64,000 bases of DNA. It comes from a virus. Shown here in pieces: positions 30,450 through 38,729 of this stretch (positions are counted from its first letter, which is position 1; each line of letters opens with the position of its first letter). Where the stretch lies: IMG/VR virus record IMGVR_UViG_3300021197_001995, positions 95,042 to 159,041 of that record. One strand, given 5' to 3'. The notes below the pieces were generated by a model. It did not search any database, was not told the DNA's origin, and saw only the letters and a list, made by a program, of their open reading frames with translations. A program made the position numbers and the translations under genes.

Positions 30450-31061
30450 ATGAAAAAAACGCCGCAAGAGTTCAAGAGGGAAAATTTAAAAGAACTCTTA
30501 GAAAAGACACTCAAAGCTCAGTCACTAAAATTGCAACCACTAGACATAACAGTAAAAGAATCTTGTAACAGCGATTTCACCTCTGTTAGTTTGGCCATAA
30601 GTGAAACAACTGGTGGGATACAGAGGCGCACAGAGGTAACAGAAGAGAAAGCAAAAGGTTTCGTCGACGGAATGTTCAAGGCATGCCACGCGCAATATGT
30701 TGAAGGTAGCCCTAGCTTGAGGAATCTAAGGCTTGTGGATTACCAAGTCAATCCAAGTTTCAAAAAATCAACGGCCGCCATCGGGTCTGACGCGTCAACA
30801 GAGGTGGTCATTACCGTCGACGTCATCGACCGCGGCAGCTCAGAATTTAGTTGTACATCCAGATCTATTCTTCACTCAAGTCTTGTCGCGACGCTCAACG
30901 CTTTCGAATTTTATATTAACTGCGATGGCGCCTTCGAAAAGTTGAACTTGATAATAGCTGATGCTAACGCGCGCAATCGAAGTGACATAGCACAGAAGTG
31001 CATGTTTGATCTAAGTCGACTAACCGAGGTAAATACTTATGAAAAGAAGAAGAAAAGTTGA
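30450..31061 (+). CDS. stand-alone LeuA-type allosteric (dimerisation) domain-like protein
   Basis: GFVDGMFKA...LRLVDYQV...GSDASTEV.ITV...SRSILHSSL.ATLNA parallels the isopropylmalate synthase regulatory domain. Confidence 0.55.
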   Translation: MKKTPQEFKRENLKELLEKTLKAQSLKLQPLDITVKESCNSDFTSVSLAISETTGGIQRRTEVTEEKAKGFVDGMFKACHAQYVEGSPSLRNLRLVDYQVNPSFKKSTAAIGSDASTEVVITVDVIDRGSSEFSCTSRSILHSSLVATLNAFEFYINCDGAFEKLNLIIADANARNRSDIAQKCMFDLSRLTEVNTYEKKKKS

Positions 31062-31193
31062 CTGGCCCACGGCGCTTGCTGCGGCGCTATTTACAGCAGC
31101 TCTGTTTCTTTGGAGAAATAATTAACAAACACAGAAACATCCTGCTGATCTTGTGGCTCTCCTGCCTAGTTATTGTGGGGGTGCTATCTTATT

Positions 31194-31508
31194 ATGGACC
31201 AGTCCACATCGAAAATCAAAGGGCTAGCGATAGGTGATTTAGTCACTCACATTCTCTATGGAAAAGAATGGATCGGTGTGATCCTGGAATTCAAAGAAGA
31301 GGAAGGTAAGGTCAAGCAGCGTCACGGAGAGAAAGCCCTTGTGCAAATCCAGCCAGGTACCAAGTTCGAGGGATTTTTCGATAAGAAGGTTTCAGATGAA
31401 AATAGGATGCATGCAAACTTGGGCTTCATTTCTACAAGCTGGCTGTTTAAATTGGAGATTAAGAATGGAAGTATTAGACCTTCACGGGACAAGACACCAC
31501 CAGGTTGA
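31194..31508 (+). CDS. SH3/KOW-like small protein (IGDLV family)
   Basis: IGDLV...GVILE...ALV pattern. Confidence 0.6.
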   Translation: MDQSTSKIKGLAIGDLVTHILYGKEWIGVILEFKEEEGKVKQRHGEKALVQIQPGTKFEGFFDKKVSDENRMHANLGFISTSWLFKLEIKNGSIRPSRDKTPPG

Positions 31509-31686
31509 CGAGGCAGTCAGGAAGTTTTTAAACTTCGCGCATCTCCCGTGCCAAATAATAACAGGGCACTCTGACGAGATGAAATCCCTCGTAGAAAAAA
31601 CAGTGAGAGAGTATGGATGGTACACTAGCGAGAAAGATAGCTACAACACTGGTACTCTGATTATAACAGAAAGAAAAAGAAAATAG
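31465..31686 (+). CDS. stand-alone Smr domain protein
   Basis: VLDLHG...IITGHS...NTG; ATG at 31465 after GGAG. Confidence 0.8.
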   Translation: MEVLDLHGTRHHQVDEAVRKFLNFAHLPCQIITGHSDEMKSLVEKTVREYGWYTSEKDSYNTGTLIITERKRK

Positions 31687-31689
31687 TTA

Positions 31690-31718
31690 TTGACTTTTCC
31701 ATGAATCTAAGCTATAAT
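31690..31718 (+). promoter_or_regulatory. sigma70-type promoter
   Basis: TTGACT-17-TATAAT. Confidence 0.8.
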
Positions 31719-31750
31719 TTATAAACAATCACAACATCAAGGAAATCTCC

Positions 31751-32680
31751 GTGAAGCAGAACTACGGCTATGCCTGTATCAACATGACATTATCCGATGT
31801 GCCCAAGTCAAAGCGCATCATGACCAACCGTTCTATGATTAAGAGAACATTTAAAGCTAAAGGTATCAAGTACGCATCAGAACTTGCGCTTGACAACATC
31901 ATGGACTTGCTCAAAATTTTGAAGTGGAATGAAAAAAACGACATCAAGTTCTATCGCATGTCCTCTGACATCTTCCCGTGGGCCTCAGAGTATGAGTACA
32001 GTTCACTTCCGGACATTGGGGAGATTAGAAGGCGCCTCAAGTTGATTGGTGAATACGCCACGAGAAACGGCCACAGACTGACGTTTCACCCTGGGCCTTA
32101 CAATTGCCTTGGCTCACCCCACAAGAACGTCGTAGAGAAGGCATACAAGGACTTAAACATGCACTCTCGTATCTTTGACATGATGGGATTCGAACCGAGT
32201 CACTACAACAAGATAAACATTCATGTTGGCGGCACTTACGGCGACAAGGAAAAGACGGCAGCCAGATTCATCGAGAACTTCCACAGACCTGGCGGCCTCG
32301 ATGAGAATACTAAGAAACGTTTCACGTTAGAAAATGACGACAAAGCTTCAATGTGGAGCACAAAGGAGATTTATGAAAAAATTCATCACAAAACTGGAAT
32401 CCCGATTGTTTTCGATTACCATCACCATAGATTCTGCACCGGAGGACTCACAGAAGGGGAAGCAGTCAAGCTCGCAGCCAGAACCTGGCCGCCCTGGATC
32501 ACTCCCGTTGTTCACGTCTCGGAGTCGAAAGCTCTTGAATACGGCGACCCAAAAATTCGCAAACAAGCTCATTCAGATTTTATCGAAAGACCAGTAGATA
32601 ATCATGGACAGATGCACGACATCATGTTAGAGTGCAAAAAGAAAGAGCTGGCCCTCTTGAAGCTACGCAAAGTAAAATAA
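31751..32680 (+). CDS. uvsE: UV DNA damage endonuclease
   Basis: GYACIN, YRMSSDIFP, RLTFHPG, NIHVGG, LENDD, FDYHHH, HVSE, AHSD, MLECK.KE. Confidence 0.95.
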   Translation: MKQNYGYACINMTLSDVPKSKRIMTNRSMIKRTFKAKGIKYASELALDNIMDLLKILKWNEKNDIKFYRMSSDIFPWASEYEYSSLPDIGEIRRRLKLIGEYATRNGHRLTFHPGPYNCLGSPHKNVVEKAYKDLNMHSRIFDMMGFEPSHYNKINIHVGGTYGDKEKTAARFIENFHRPGGLDENTKKRFTLENDDKASMWSTKEIYEKIHHKTGIPIVFDYHHHRFCTGGLTEGEAVKLAARTWPPWITPVVHVSESKALEYGDPKIRKQAHSDFIERPVDNHGQMHDIMLECKKKELALLKLRKVK

Positions 32681-32696
32681 AAACAATAAATAAGTA

Positions 32697-32725
32697 TTGA
32701 CAAAATTATAGTAAGGTACTATAAT
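32697..32725 (+). promoter_or_regulatory. sigma70-type promoter
   Basis: TTGACA-17-TATAAT (perfect consensus). Confidence 0.85.
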
Positions 32726-32770
32726 CATTATAGATAAGCAGTTATCACAAACACAAACAAAGGAGAAAAA

Positions 32771-33259
32771 ATGACTGTAACAATTATTGACACCATCAAC
32801 AATCTTGATGTAACCGACGAGACAATCGTCACACTGACATACGAAGACAAGCACGAGGGTTGGCATTCAACCGGAGACTTGGAGGAGAATGCAGTCCGAG
32901 AGACAGACACAGCAGACCGAGTCGCTGATTTAATCACCGATACCCAGCTTGCAGTAAGAACGTCGTTCGGGGACACGAACGCCCTTGAAGCAATGAGGGA
33001 TGCTGATTTTTTGGAGGATTATGGCCGCGGCGAATTTGCATTCCAACAGTTCATTGCGGAAACAATCAGGGAGAACCCACACGACTTGGATGAATTTGTA
33101 GAGTTTTCAACAGAACAGTACGACCACAAGAGAGGTTGCTGTACTGTGTCTGCTGAATTTACGACTACCGTCGCAAACTTAAAGGAAAACATTGACGCTG
33201 CTTCTGGTTGGGGAGTTTCTATTCCAATCGAAGGTGGCGAGTTCACGACGACAATCTAA
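32771..33259 (+). CDS. hypothetical acidic protein
   Basis: 162 aa ORF with AAGGAG RBS. Confidence 0.7.
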   Translation: MTVTIIDTINNLDVTDETIVTLTYEDKHEGWHSTGDLEENAVRETDTADRVADLITDTQLAVRTSFGDTNALEAMRDADFLEDYGRGEFAFQQFIAETIRENPHDLDEFVEFSTEQYDHKRGCCTVSAEFTTTVANLKENIDAASGWGVSIPIEGGEFTTTI

Positions 33260-33260
33260 A

Positions 33261-33812
33261 ATGAAAAGACCAGAAGTAAAAATCTTTACAGGACCAATGT
33301 TCGGCGGCAAGACGACTAAGATGTTAGCAGCTCTTGAACGCTTTTCCTATCAGAACAGGAAAACAATCCTGTTCAAACCGAACATAGACAAGAGATATTC
33401 TGATGGTAAGGTGGTAACGCACAAGGGACAGACTCATAACTCAGTCTTGGTGTCCACGGGTTCGGAGATTCTTAAAAAGGCTCGCAACGTCGATGTTGTA
33501 GCCGTTGACGAGATGTTCATGATCCCTGGGTCTGCCCAAGCGTTACTCGCTCTTTTCAAAAAAGGTAAAACAATATTAGCGTCCACACTACAGCTATCTT
33601 CTCAACCTACAGGATACACTGCATTTGAAGAAGTAAAAGAGCTAATGCCGTGGGCAACAAGTATAGAGGTCTGCCCTGCCGTGTGTTACAAATGCAGCAG
33701 GGACGCCTATTATACCGAGAGATTGTGTAAGGAAGATAAAGAAGTGTTAGTAGGCGGCGCAGAATCGTATCAGCCCGTGTGTTACAGACACTCGCTTATG
33801 TTAGAAAGTTAA
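33261..33812 (+). CDS. tdk: thymidine kinase
   Basis: GPMFGGKTT, DKRY, VDE, Zn site C..C, VGGAESYQPVCYRH. Confidence 0.93.
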   Translation: MKRPEVKIFTGPMFGGKTTKMLAALERFSYQNRKTILFKPNIDKRYSDGKVVTHKGQTHNSVLVSTGSEILKKARNVDVVAVDEMFMIPGSAQALLALFKKGKTILASTLQLSSQPTGYTAFEEVKELMPWATSIEVCPAVCYKCSRDAYYTERLCKEDKEVLVGGAESYQPVCYRHSLMLES

Positions 33813-33831
33813 TCAGCACCCTATTTAAAGT

Positions 33832-34077
33832 ATGGACGACTTTGAGAAGGGAGACCGAGTCATTTTACTTGATAGACCGTTAGGACACGCCACAAAGATA
33901 CGAGGAGTTATCGTTGGTTTTGTTGGCGAAAGTTTGTTTAATGTTTTATTGACAAATGGATACGGTAAGGGTAAAATAAGAAGACTCAAATCATTTGAGC
34001 TAAGAAAGGAAGATAATTGTGTCTTTGGACAACGTGACAAAAATCAGAAATGGGAAACATTTGAAGACGATAATTGA
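33832..34077 (+). CDS. SH3/KOW-like small protein
   Basis: FEKGDRV...GVIVG...FNVLL. Confidence 0.55.
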   Translation: MDDFEKGDRVILLDRPLGHATKIRGVIVGFVGESLFNVLLTNGYGKGKIRRLKSFELRKEDNCVFGQRDKNQKWETFEDDN

Positions 34078-34297
34078 GGAAGAGTATCGAACATCTGAAT
34101 TCCATGAAATAGACAACCTGAACACAAAAACGATAACGGAAGCTGTCAACTCATACGAGAAAACTTTCGTTGCAATTAGAGAGGCCCTAGAGAATAATGA
34201 ACAATATTGTTGTGATGATGAAAATGATAGGCTATCAATTGCCCAAGTCGTCGTTGATTCGCTTAGACAAAATAGTCTCATTCGCAAGGAACACTAA
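34019..34297 (+). CDS. hypothetical protein
   Basis: 92 aa ORF. Confidence 0.55.
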   Translation: MSLDNVTKIRNGKHLKTIIEEEYRTSEFHEIDNLNTKTITEAVNSYEKTFVAIREALENNEQYCCDDENDRLSIAQVVVDSLRQNSLIRKEH

Positions 34298-34545
34298 TGA
34301 AAAGGGGTGAAGCGATACGTTGCATCGACGATTATGACTTATTCGAGAAGAACGTCAACGGAGAGGAAGGCTGCTTCATTAAGTTTAGTGAAGCAAACAA
34401 CAAGTATCTTGTTTGGTTCCCTTGTAATGGGGAATGGGCCGAACTAAAAGAAGAACAATTTGAAATGGTAAACAAGCCAGGATACATCCCTAGTAAATAC
34501 CGAAAGTTCGTAGAGCACATCAAAACTTTAGAATACACATACTAA
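34297..34545 (+). CDS. SH3-like hypothetical protein
   Basis: MKRGE.I...G.F......YLVWF...W......FE. Confidence 0.55.
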   Translation: MKRGEAIRCIDDYDLFEKNVNGEEGCFIKFSEANNKYLVWFPCNGEWAELKEEQFEMVNKPGYIPSKYRKFVEHIKTLEYTY

Positions 34546-34552
34546 TTATTAT

Positions 34553-34756
34553 GTGAAATCAAAGCAAGTAAAATGCAACAAGACCTACTGGTCAACCCGC
34601 CACAAAGAAAAGTGTGTCTGTATCTCCATCGCCCGTTGGCTAGTGGAGTTACAATTCAGAGACCCTGCCAAATCAGGATGGTACCACTGTCAAGAGATAG
34701 AAGAAGTACCAAAATCACAAGAAAAAGTTATTGACATTACAGACTTAATAAGGTAG
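34553..34756 (+). CDS. hypothetical protein
   Basis: 67 aa ORF starting 4 nt after CTAATTA. Confidence 0.5.
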   Translation: MKSKQVKCNKTYWSTRHKEKCVCISIARWLVELQFRDPAKSGWYHCQEIEEVPKSQEKVIDITDLIR

Positions 34757-34759
34757 AAT
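34731..34759 (+). promoter_or_regulatory. sigma70-type promoter heading the cassette array
   Basis: TTGACA-17-TAGAAT. Confidence 0.75.
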
Positions 34760-34765
34760 AGTATT

Positions 34766-34933
34766 ATGGAATTTGGATTTATCTTTTTAATTCTCGCGAT
34801 TCTGTTTTTGCGGAACAGGATCAAGGCAGCAATCCTTCAAAGCCAGAAGGAAGATTTTGTCAGAGAAGTTATTCGCCGCGTTGACCAAAAAAAGAAACTG
34901 GATGAGCTTTATGGAAGAAATGAAGATAGGTGA
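34766..34933 (+). CDS. small membrane protein (55 aa, probably leaderless)
   Basis: MEFGFIFLILAILFL...; ends NEDR* with a 14-nt overlap onto the first MKIGDLV cassette. Confidence 0.55.
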   Translation: MEFGFIFLILAILFLRNRIKAAILQSQKEDFVREVIRRVDQKKKLDELYGRNEDR

Positions 34934-35138
34934 CTTGGTGATTGACACTTGGCTGAACCAAGTAGCCCTCCTTATCTCTGAGCCCAGAGCATCCCTCGAC
35001 TCACAAGAAGACCAAAAGCGTTTAGGCGTCATGGCTGGAGATGAGTATTACGTTGTAGACGTACTCTTGGCCGACGGAACTAGAGATCTTGCACTCTGTG
35101 ATGACCTGGAGGCTATCAGTGAACATAGATGTGGGTGA
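34920..35138 (+). CDS. MKVGDLV-family cassette protein
   Basis: MKIGDLV...YVVDVLL...LEAISEHRCG*. Confidence 0.75.
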   Translation: MKIGDLVIDTWLNQVALLISEPRASLDSQEDQKRLGVMAGDEYYVVDVLLADGTRDLALCDDLEAISEHRCG

Positions 35139-35286
35139 CTTTGTGCAGTACCGCGCCGCGTCAGGCGAGGTAATGGGTTACGGAATCATTGTCAAAGTGA
35201 CTGAGTATTGGCACATACTTGTGGACCAACACACAGGCAAGAGAGAGCATTGGTGTAACACTTTAATGAGAAAGATTGTACCGTGA
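35119..35286 (+). CDS. MKVGDLV-family cassette protein
   Basis: GTG start after GGAGG; NIDVGDFV...GIIV. Confidence 0.7.
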   Translation: MNIDVGDFVQYRAASGEVMGYGIIVKVTEYWHILVDQHTGKREHWCNTLMRKIVP

Positions 35287-35420
35287 TTGATGGATTTTTA
35301 TTTGAATTTCAAATGGGAGAGATTCTAGACGCAGTGAGGTTGACTCTTTGTACCATAGGGCTCCTCACTGGCATAGGCCTTTGGGTACATGCAACTTATT
35401 TCAGGGAAGAAAAGCAATGA
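35283..35420 (+). CDS. small membrane peptide (45 aa) inserted in the array
   Basis: GTGA and ATGA overlaps on either side; hydrophobic LTLCTIGLLTGIGLWV. Confidence 0.45.
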   Translation: MIDGFLFEFQMGEILDAVRLTLCTIGLLTGIGLWVHATYFREEKQ

Positions 35421-35599
35421 AAATTGGCGATCTAGTACGATGGCGCGCCGATGATGGAATGGGCATCATTTTGCAGACCCGAATCGTCAGCAAAATCACC
35501 GGAAGTTCTATCGTTTATGTGCTTTGGTTTGACGGAAATACAACGGGACCGATAGAAAACGACCATGATGAACTGGAGTTGGTAAGTGAAAGTCGGTGA
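35417..35599 (+). CDS. MKVGDLV-family cassette protein
   Basis: MKIGDLVRW...GIIL...YVLW...LELVSESR*. Confidence 0.8.
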   Translation: MKIGDLVRWRADDGMGIILQTRIVSKITGSSIVYVLWFDGNTTGPIENDHDELELVSESR

Positions 35600-35753
35600 T
35601 TTGGTGAAACAAACACCGCGCTGGTCTCCCTCGCGTTTTGGTATTGTAACTCATGACCTGAAGAACGACAGGTGTATGGTCCTTTTCTTTGACACCAACA
35701 CTCAATACGATATGGACAAAAATTTGTTGGAGCTAGTCAGTGAAGGTCGGTGA
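35586..35753 (+). CDS. MKVGDLV-family cassette protein (55 aa, not in ORF track)
   Basis: MKVGDLVKQ...GIV...MVLF...LELVSEGR*. Confidence 0.8.
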   Translation: MKVGDLVKQTPRWSPSRFGIVTHDLKNDRCMVLFFDTNTQYDMDKNLLELVSEGR

Positions 35754-35919
35754 TTTGATTGAATGGGGTATGCACTCGGTATGCCCGAAAGCTATAGTGA
35801 TTGGTTTTGATGGCGATTTCGCAAAGCTTTTCTGGCTTCCGAATCCGAGGTTCAGTAACGGGGGTAGAGTGTCACTGGTTGAAAAGCAAGAATTGGAGGT
35901 AATCAGTGAAAGTCGGTGA
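35740..35919 (+). CDS. MKVGDLV-family cassette protein (59 aa, not in ORF track)
   Basis: MKVGDLIEW...AIVIG...KLFW...LEVISESR*. Confidence 0.8.
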   Translation: MKVGDLIEWGMHSVCPKAIVIGFDGDFAKLFWLPNPRFSNGGRVSLVEKQELEVISESR

Positions 35920-36067
35920 CTTGGTGAGGTTATACCGCAACCATGACACGATTGGCATTGTCATCAGTATACTGCAAGGTAACGGGTATTTCGACGTTTT
36001 AAGGACAGACGGAGTGACAATCTTCGTCCACGAGTCATCTCTGGAGATAATCAGTGAAAGTCGGTGA
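35906..36067 (+). CDS. MKVGDLV-family cassette protein (53 aa, not in ORF track)
   Basis: MKVGDLVRL...GIVI...YFDVL...LEIISESR*. Confidence 0.8.
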   Translation: MKVGDLVRLYRNHDTIGIVISILQGNGYFDVLRTDGVTIFVHESSLEIISESR

Positions 36068-36248
36068 TTTAGTTTGTATAGCACTGCCAGCAAAGGAAAA
36101 AGGAAAGCCTGTTGGAATCATTCTCGGGTTCAGTGTTGACTGGCTTATCAACAGGTATGCTACCCCTGACTATAGAATACTGTGGAACCATGGTGGAATT
36201 AGCACCGCTTCAGAAATGCATTTGAGGAAATTAAATGAAAGTCGGTGA
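36054..36248 (+). CDS. MKVGDLV-family cassette protein
   Basis: MKVGDLV...GIIL...YRILW...LNESR*. Confidence 0.8.
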   Translation: MKVGDLVCIALPAKEKGKPVGIILGFSVDWLINRYATPDYRILWNHGGISTASEMHLRKLNESR

Positions 36249-36420
36249 TTTAGTAAAAGACAACCACCCAACAGGACAGGGGCGGACAGGAATAGTCATA
36301 GCCTCAGTACCACATTCAACCGCTCTAAATAAAGTGTTCAGGGTCTTGTGGCAAAACGGCAAAGTTGGCGACAACATCTGGGACTACGACTTGAAGCTAC
36401 TCAACGAAAAAAGGCCTTGA
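36235..36420 (+). CDS. MKVGDLV-family cassette protein
   Basis: MKVGDLV...GIVI...FRVLW...LLNEKRP*; the stop overlaps a -35 box. Confidence 0.8.
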   Translation: MKVGDLVKDNHPTGQGRTGIVIASVPHSTALNKVFRVLWQNGKVGDNIWDYDLKLLNEKRP

Positions 36421-36445
36421 CTTTCAATGACTTACCTGCTATACT
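36417..36445 (+). promoter_or_regulatory. sigma70-type promoter inside the array
   Basis: TTGACT-ttcaatgacttacctgc-TATACT. Confidence 0.8.
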
Positions 36446-36472
36446 TATAGTATAGAGAAATGGAGAAGTCAA

Positions 36473-36664
36473 ATGAAAATCGGTGATTTGGTGATGTGGC
36501 TAGACCCTTGGAAGACTAAACGCCATGGGTTGGTATTCGCGGTGATCCTGACTGATCCTGATAAGCCATGGCGAGGCAAAGAAGACTATTACGATGTGTT
36601 GGTTGACGGCAAGATTGAATTTTGCCACAGAAAAAACCTGGAGGTGCTTAGTGAAAGTCGGTGA
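36473..36664 (+). CDS. MKVGDLV-family cassette protein
   Basis: MKIGDLV...YDVLV...LEVLSESR*. Confidence 0.8.
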   Translation: MKIGDLVMWLDPWKTKRHGLVFAVILTDPDKPWRGKEDYYDVLVDGKIEFCHRKNLEVLSESR

Positions 36665-36839
36665 TTTGGTGCAGAACGGCCAAGGACACACAGGCATCGT
36701 GACAGGCATTGGCTATGCTGGCAACTGTCCGAGTTATCATGAATGTCCTTTCTTGAACCCGGATATTCACGTCGTAACCAGCCATGGCAAGAGATTGTGG
36801 AGCTACAAAGCATTGGAGGTTATCAGTGAAAGTCGGTGA
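36651..36839 (+). CDS. MKVGDLV-family cassette protein
   Basis: GTG start in the junction; ...LEVISESR*. Confidence 0.8.
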   Translation: MKVGDLVQNGQGHTGIVTGIGYAGNCPSYHECPFLNPDIHVVTSHGKRLWSYKALEVISESR

Positions 36840-37032
36840 CCTAGTGAAGAAGAGATGGGGCAAGATTGAACCACATCAGGCGGGGACAGTCGGCATCGTA
36901 ACCGGAAAGCACGTTGAACAACGCGGGCCCAACCCTGCGTTCCATGGCTACTGGCTTATGGTTATGTATCCGGGCCATCCTGTTTATCGTGAACGACCTG
37001 GTGAGTATGAGGTGATAAGTGAAAGTCGGTGA
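36826..37032 (+). CDS. MKVGDLV-family cassette protein
   Basis: GTG start in the junction; ...YEVISESR*. Confidence 0.8.
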   Translation: MKVGDLVKKRWGKIEPHQAGTVGIVTGKHVEQRGPNPAFHGYWLMVMYPGHPVYRERPGEYEVISESR

Positions 37033-37219
37033 TTTGGTGGAATCCCACAAGGGAGCACGCGGCATTGTTGTTGAGAGTGAACTGATGTATCCGAAACATC
37101 GCGACTCTCCGGTTGGTAGAGTCCGAGTTCATTGGCAAACTGAACCACCAGAGTGGACTCACCCCGGCCTATTCTTTAGTGTAATGTCGCTCAGGAAGAT
37201 AACCAATGAAAGTCGGTGA
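37019..37219 (+). CDS. MKVGDLV-family cassette protein
   Basis: MKVGDLV...GIVV...VRVHW...TNESR*. Confidence 0.8.
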   Translation: MKVGDLVESHKGARGIVVESELMYPKHRDSPVGRVRVHWQTEPPEWTHPGLFFSVMSLRKITNESR

Positions 37220-37418
37220 TGTTGTGGCCTGGACACCAACCAGGGGTGTCTTCGGCCACCAGAAGGTTAAATTTGTCGGGATTGTGACGGGCGAGCGAGT
37301 AGAAAACAAATTCGGCGAGCCAGACCGGGTACCTGTGATTTGGAGTGAATCAACGATACCAATGATGACTGATGTAAGAGACGTAAAAGTTATTGAGGCA
37401 TTCAATGAAAGTCGGTGA
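37206..37418 (+). CDS. MKVGDLV-family cassette protein
   Basis: MKVGDVV...GIV...VIW...FNESR*. Confidence 0.8.
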   Translation: MKVGDVVAWTPTRGVFGHQKVKFVGIVTGERVENKFGEPDRVPVIWSESTIPMMTDVRDVKVIEAFNESR

Positions 37419-37587
37419 TTTAGTTCAGTGGTACACGGAGTATGCTGATTGTACCACCACAGACTTAGGTGTCGTCCGCCAAGTTATGGTAGATCAGGTC
37501 TTTATTGTATGGCAAACTGGAGACGGAAATGGCTGGTTCAGTCAAGGACATCCAAGCATAGGAGTTATTAATCATGCAGCCGGGTGA
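37405..37587 (+). CDS. MKVGDLV-family cassette protein
   Basis: MKVGDLV...GVV...FIVW...INHAAG*. Confidence 0.8.
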   Translation: MKVGDLVQWYTEYADCTTTDLGVVRQVMVDQVFIVWQTGDGNGWFSQGHPSIGVINHAAG

Positions 37588-37768
37588 CTTGGTGGTGTGG
37601 AAATGGAATGGTAAATCACAACTTCACAAAACAGGAATCATTGTTTCAGACTACCTCCAGTGCCAAGATTTTGATGGGAATCATTATAAAAATGTTTACT
37701 GGTTCGATAATCAATGGGTCCGACCAATCAGACCAGAGTATTTAGAGGTTCTCAATGAAAGTCGGTGA
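37574..37768 (+). CDS. MKVGDLV-family cassette protein
   Basis: MQPGDLV...GIIV...VYW...LEVLNESR*. Confidence 0.8.
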   Translation: MQPGDLVVWKWNGKSQLHKTGIIVSDYLQCQDFDGNHYKNVYWFDNQWVRPIRPEYLEVLNESR

Positions 37769-37955
37769 CTTGGTAAGAGAAAAAGGACTTCAGGAGCGGA
37801 CTGGTATCATTGTAGAAGATACCTTCACCAGCCGATATGATGGTGGCCGAGCGAGAATATACAAAGTGCTGTGGAACAAGTTGAGTCCAGCATCACCTAC
37901 CTTGACTAGTGGCGCGTGGGCTAATCAGTTGGAGGTCATCAATGAAAGTCGGTGA
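37755..37955 (+). CDS. MKVGDLV-family cassette protein
   Basis: MKVGDLV...GIIV...YKVLW...LEVINESR*. Confidence 0.8.
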   Translation: MKVGDLVREKGLQERTGIIVEDTFTSRYDGGRARIYKVLWNKLSPASPTLTSGAWANQLEVINESR

Positions 37956-38142
37956 TTTGGTGAGGTTATCTCGCGGTGTAGGTAACCATTTTGACTTGGA
38001 AAGTTATGTTGCCATTTTAGTTAAGAAGCGACCAAGAGCCGACTCTTATGAGTACGACTGGATCGTTCTGACGGATGGTAGGTACATTGCACTAGGCAGA
38101 CAAATAGAACACTCCGCGAGGATACTCAGTGAAAGTCGGTGA
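37942..38142 (+). CDS. MKVGDLV-family cassette protein
   Basis: MKVGDLV...AILV...WIVL...ILSESR*. Confidence 0.8.
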   Translation: MKVGDLVRLSRGVGNHFDLESYVAILVKKRPRADSYEYDWIVLTDGRYIALGRQIEHSARILSESR

Positions 38143-38329
38143 TATTGTGAGGTGGTCCCCCATAGAGGCAGCATACCATAAATCTTGTTTTGGTTCAGCC
38201 GGTTTAGACTTGACAAGTGATAGAAAATGTGGTATTATCGTAGATAGAAATCCTTATGTGTTCTTTGTTCTTTGGCAAGACAAAGAACTTTTAGCACAAA
38301 AACCAAACACAATCGAGGTAATCAGATGA
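38129..38329 (+). CDS. MKVGDLV-family cassette protein
   Basis: MKVGDIV...GIIV...FVLW...IEVIR*; contains an internal TTGACA-17-TATTAT at 38210-38238. Confidence 0.8.
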   Translation: MKVGDIVRWSPIEAAYHKSCFGSAGLDLTSDRKCGIIVDRNPYVFFVLWQDKELLAQKPNTIEVIR

Positions 38330-38517
38330 AAAAACTAATCTTATCAACACTTCTCATTTTAACTGCCGGATGTGTTGAAGCACCAGAACGAGCAGAATAT
38401 AAATACGCATCCGAAGAAGCCTGGGACCATTGTTATGATAGTTGCCCTGGTTCTGACTGTCCTTGTATTCTTGGAGAAGGTTACACATGGTACATCAGCC
38501 CCGAGGTCGGAGAGTGA
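38326..38517 (+). CDS. small Cys-rich lipoprotein inserted in the array
   Basis: MKKLILSTLLILTAGC lipobox. Confidence 0.7.
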   Translation: MKKLILSTLLILTAGCVEAPERAEYKYASEEAWDHCYDSCPGSDCPCILGEGYTWYISPEVGE

Positions 38518-38729
38518 AAATTAAAGTAGGAGACTTAGTAAACATCAGGCCACACCTCGCCGGCGATGCTCACTCAGGCGAATCGAACAGTGTGATGATA
38601 CTCGAATCGAAAGTGGGTATTGTCAAGAGTAGGCTAAATGGAAACGGGTACTACGATGTCTTACTCAGTAGCGGCAAGGTTGTCTTTACCGCATACGCAA
38701 ACTTGGAGGTCATAAATGAAAGTCGGTGA
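38514..38729 (+). CDS. MKVGDLV-family cassette protein
   Basis: MKIKVGDLV...GIV...YYDVLL...LEVINESR*. Confidence 0.8.
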   Translation: MKIKVGDLVNIRPHLAGDAHSGESNSVMILESKVGIVKSRLNGNGYYDVLLSSGKVVFTAYANLEVINESR

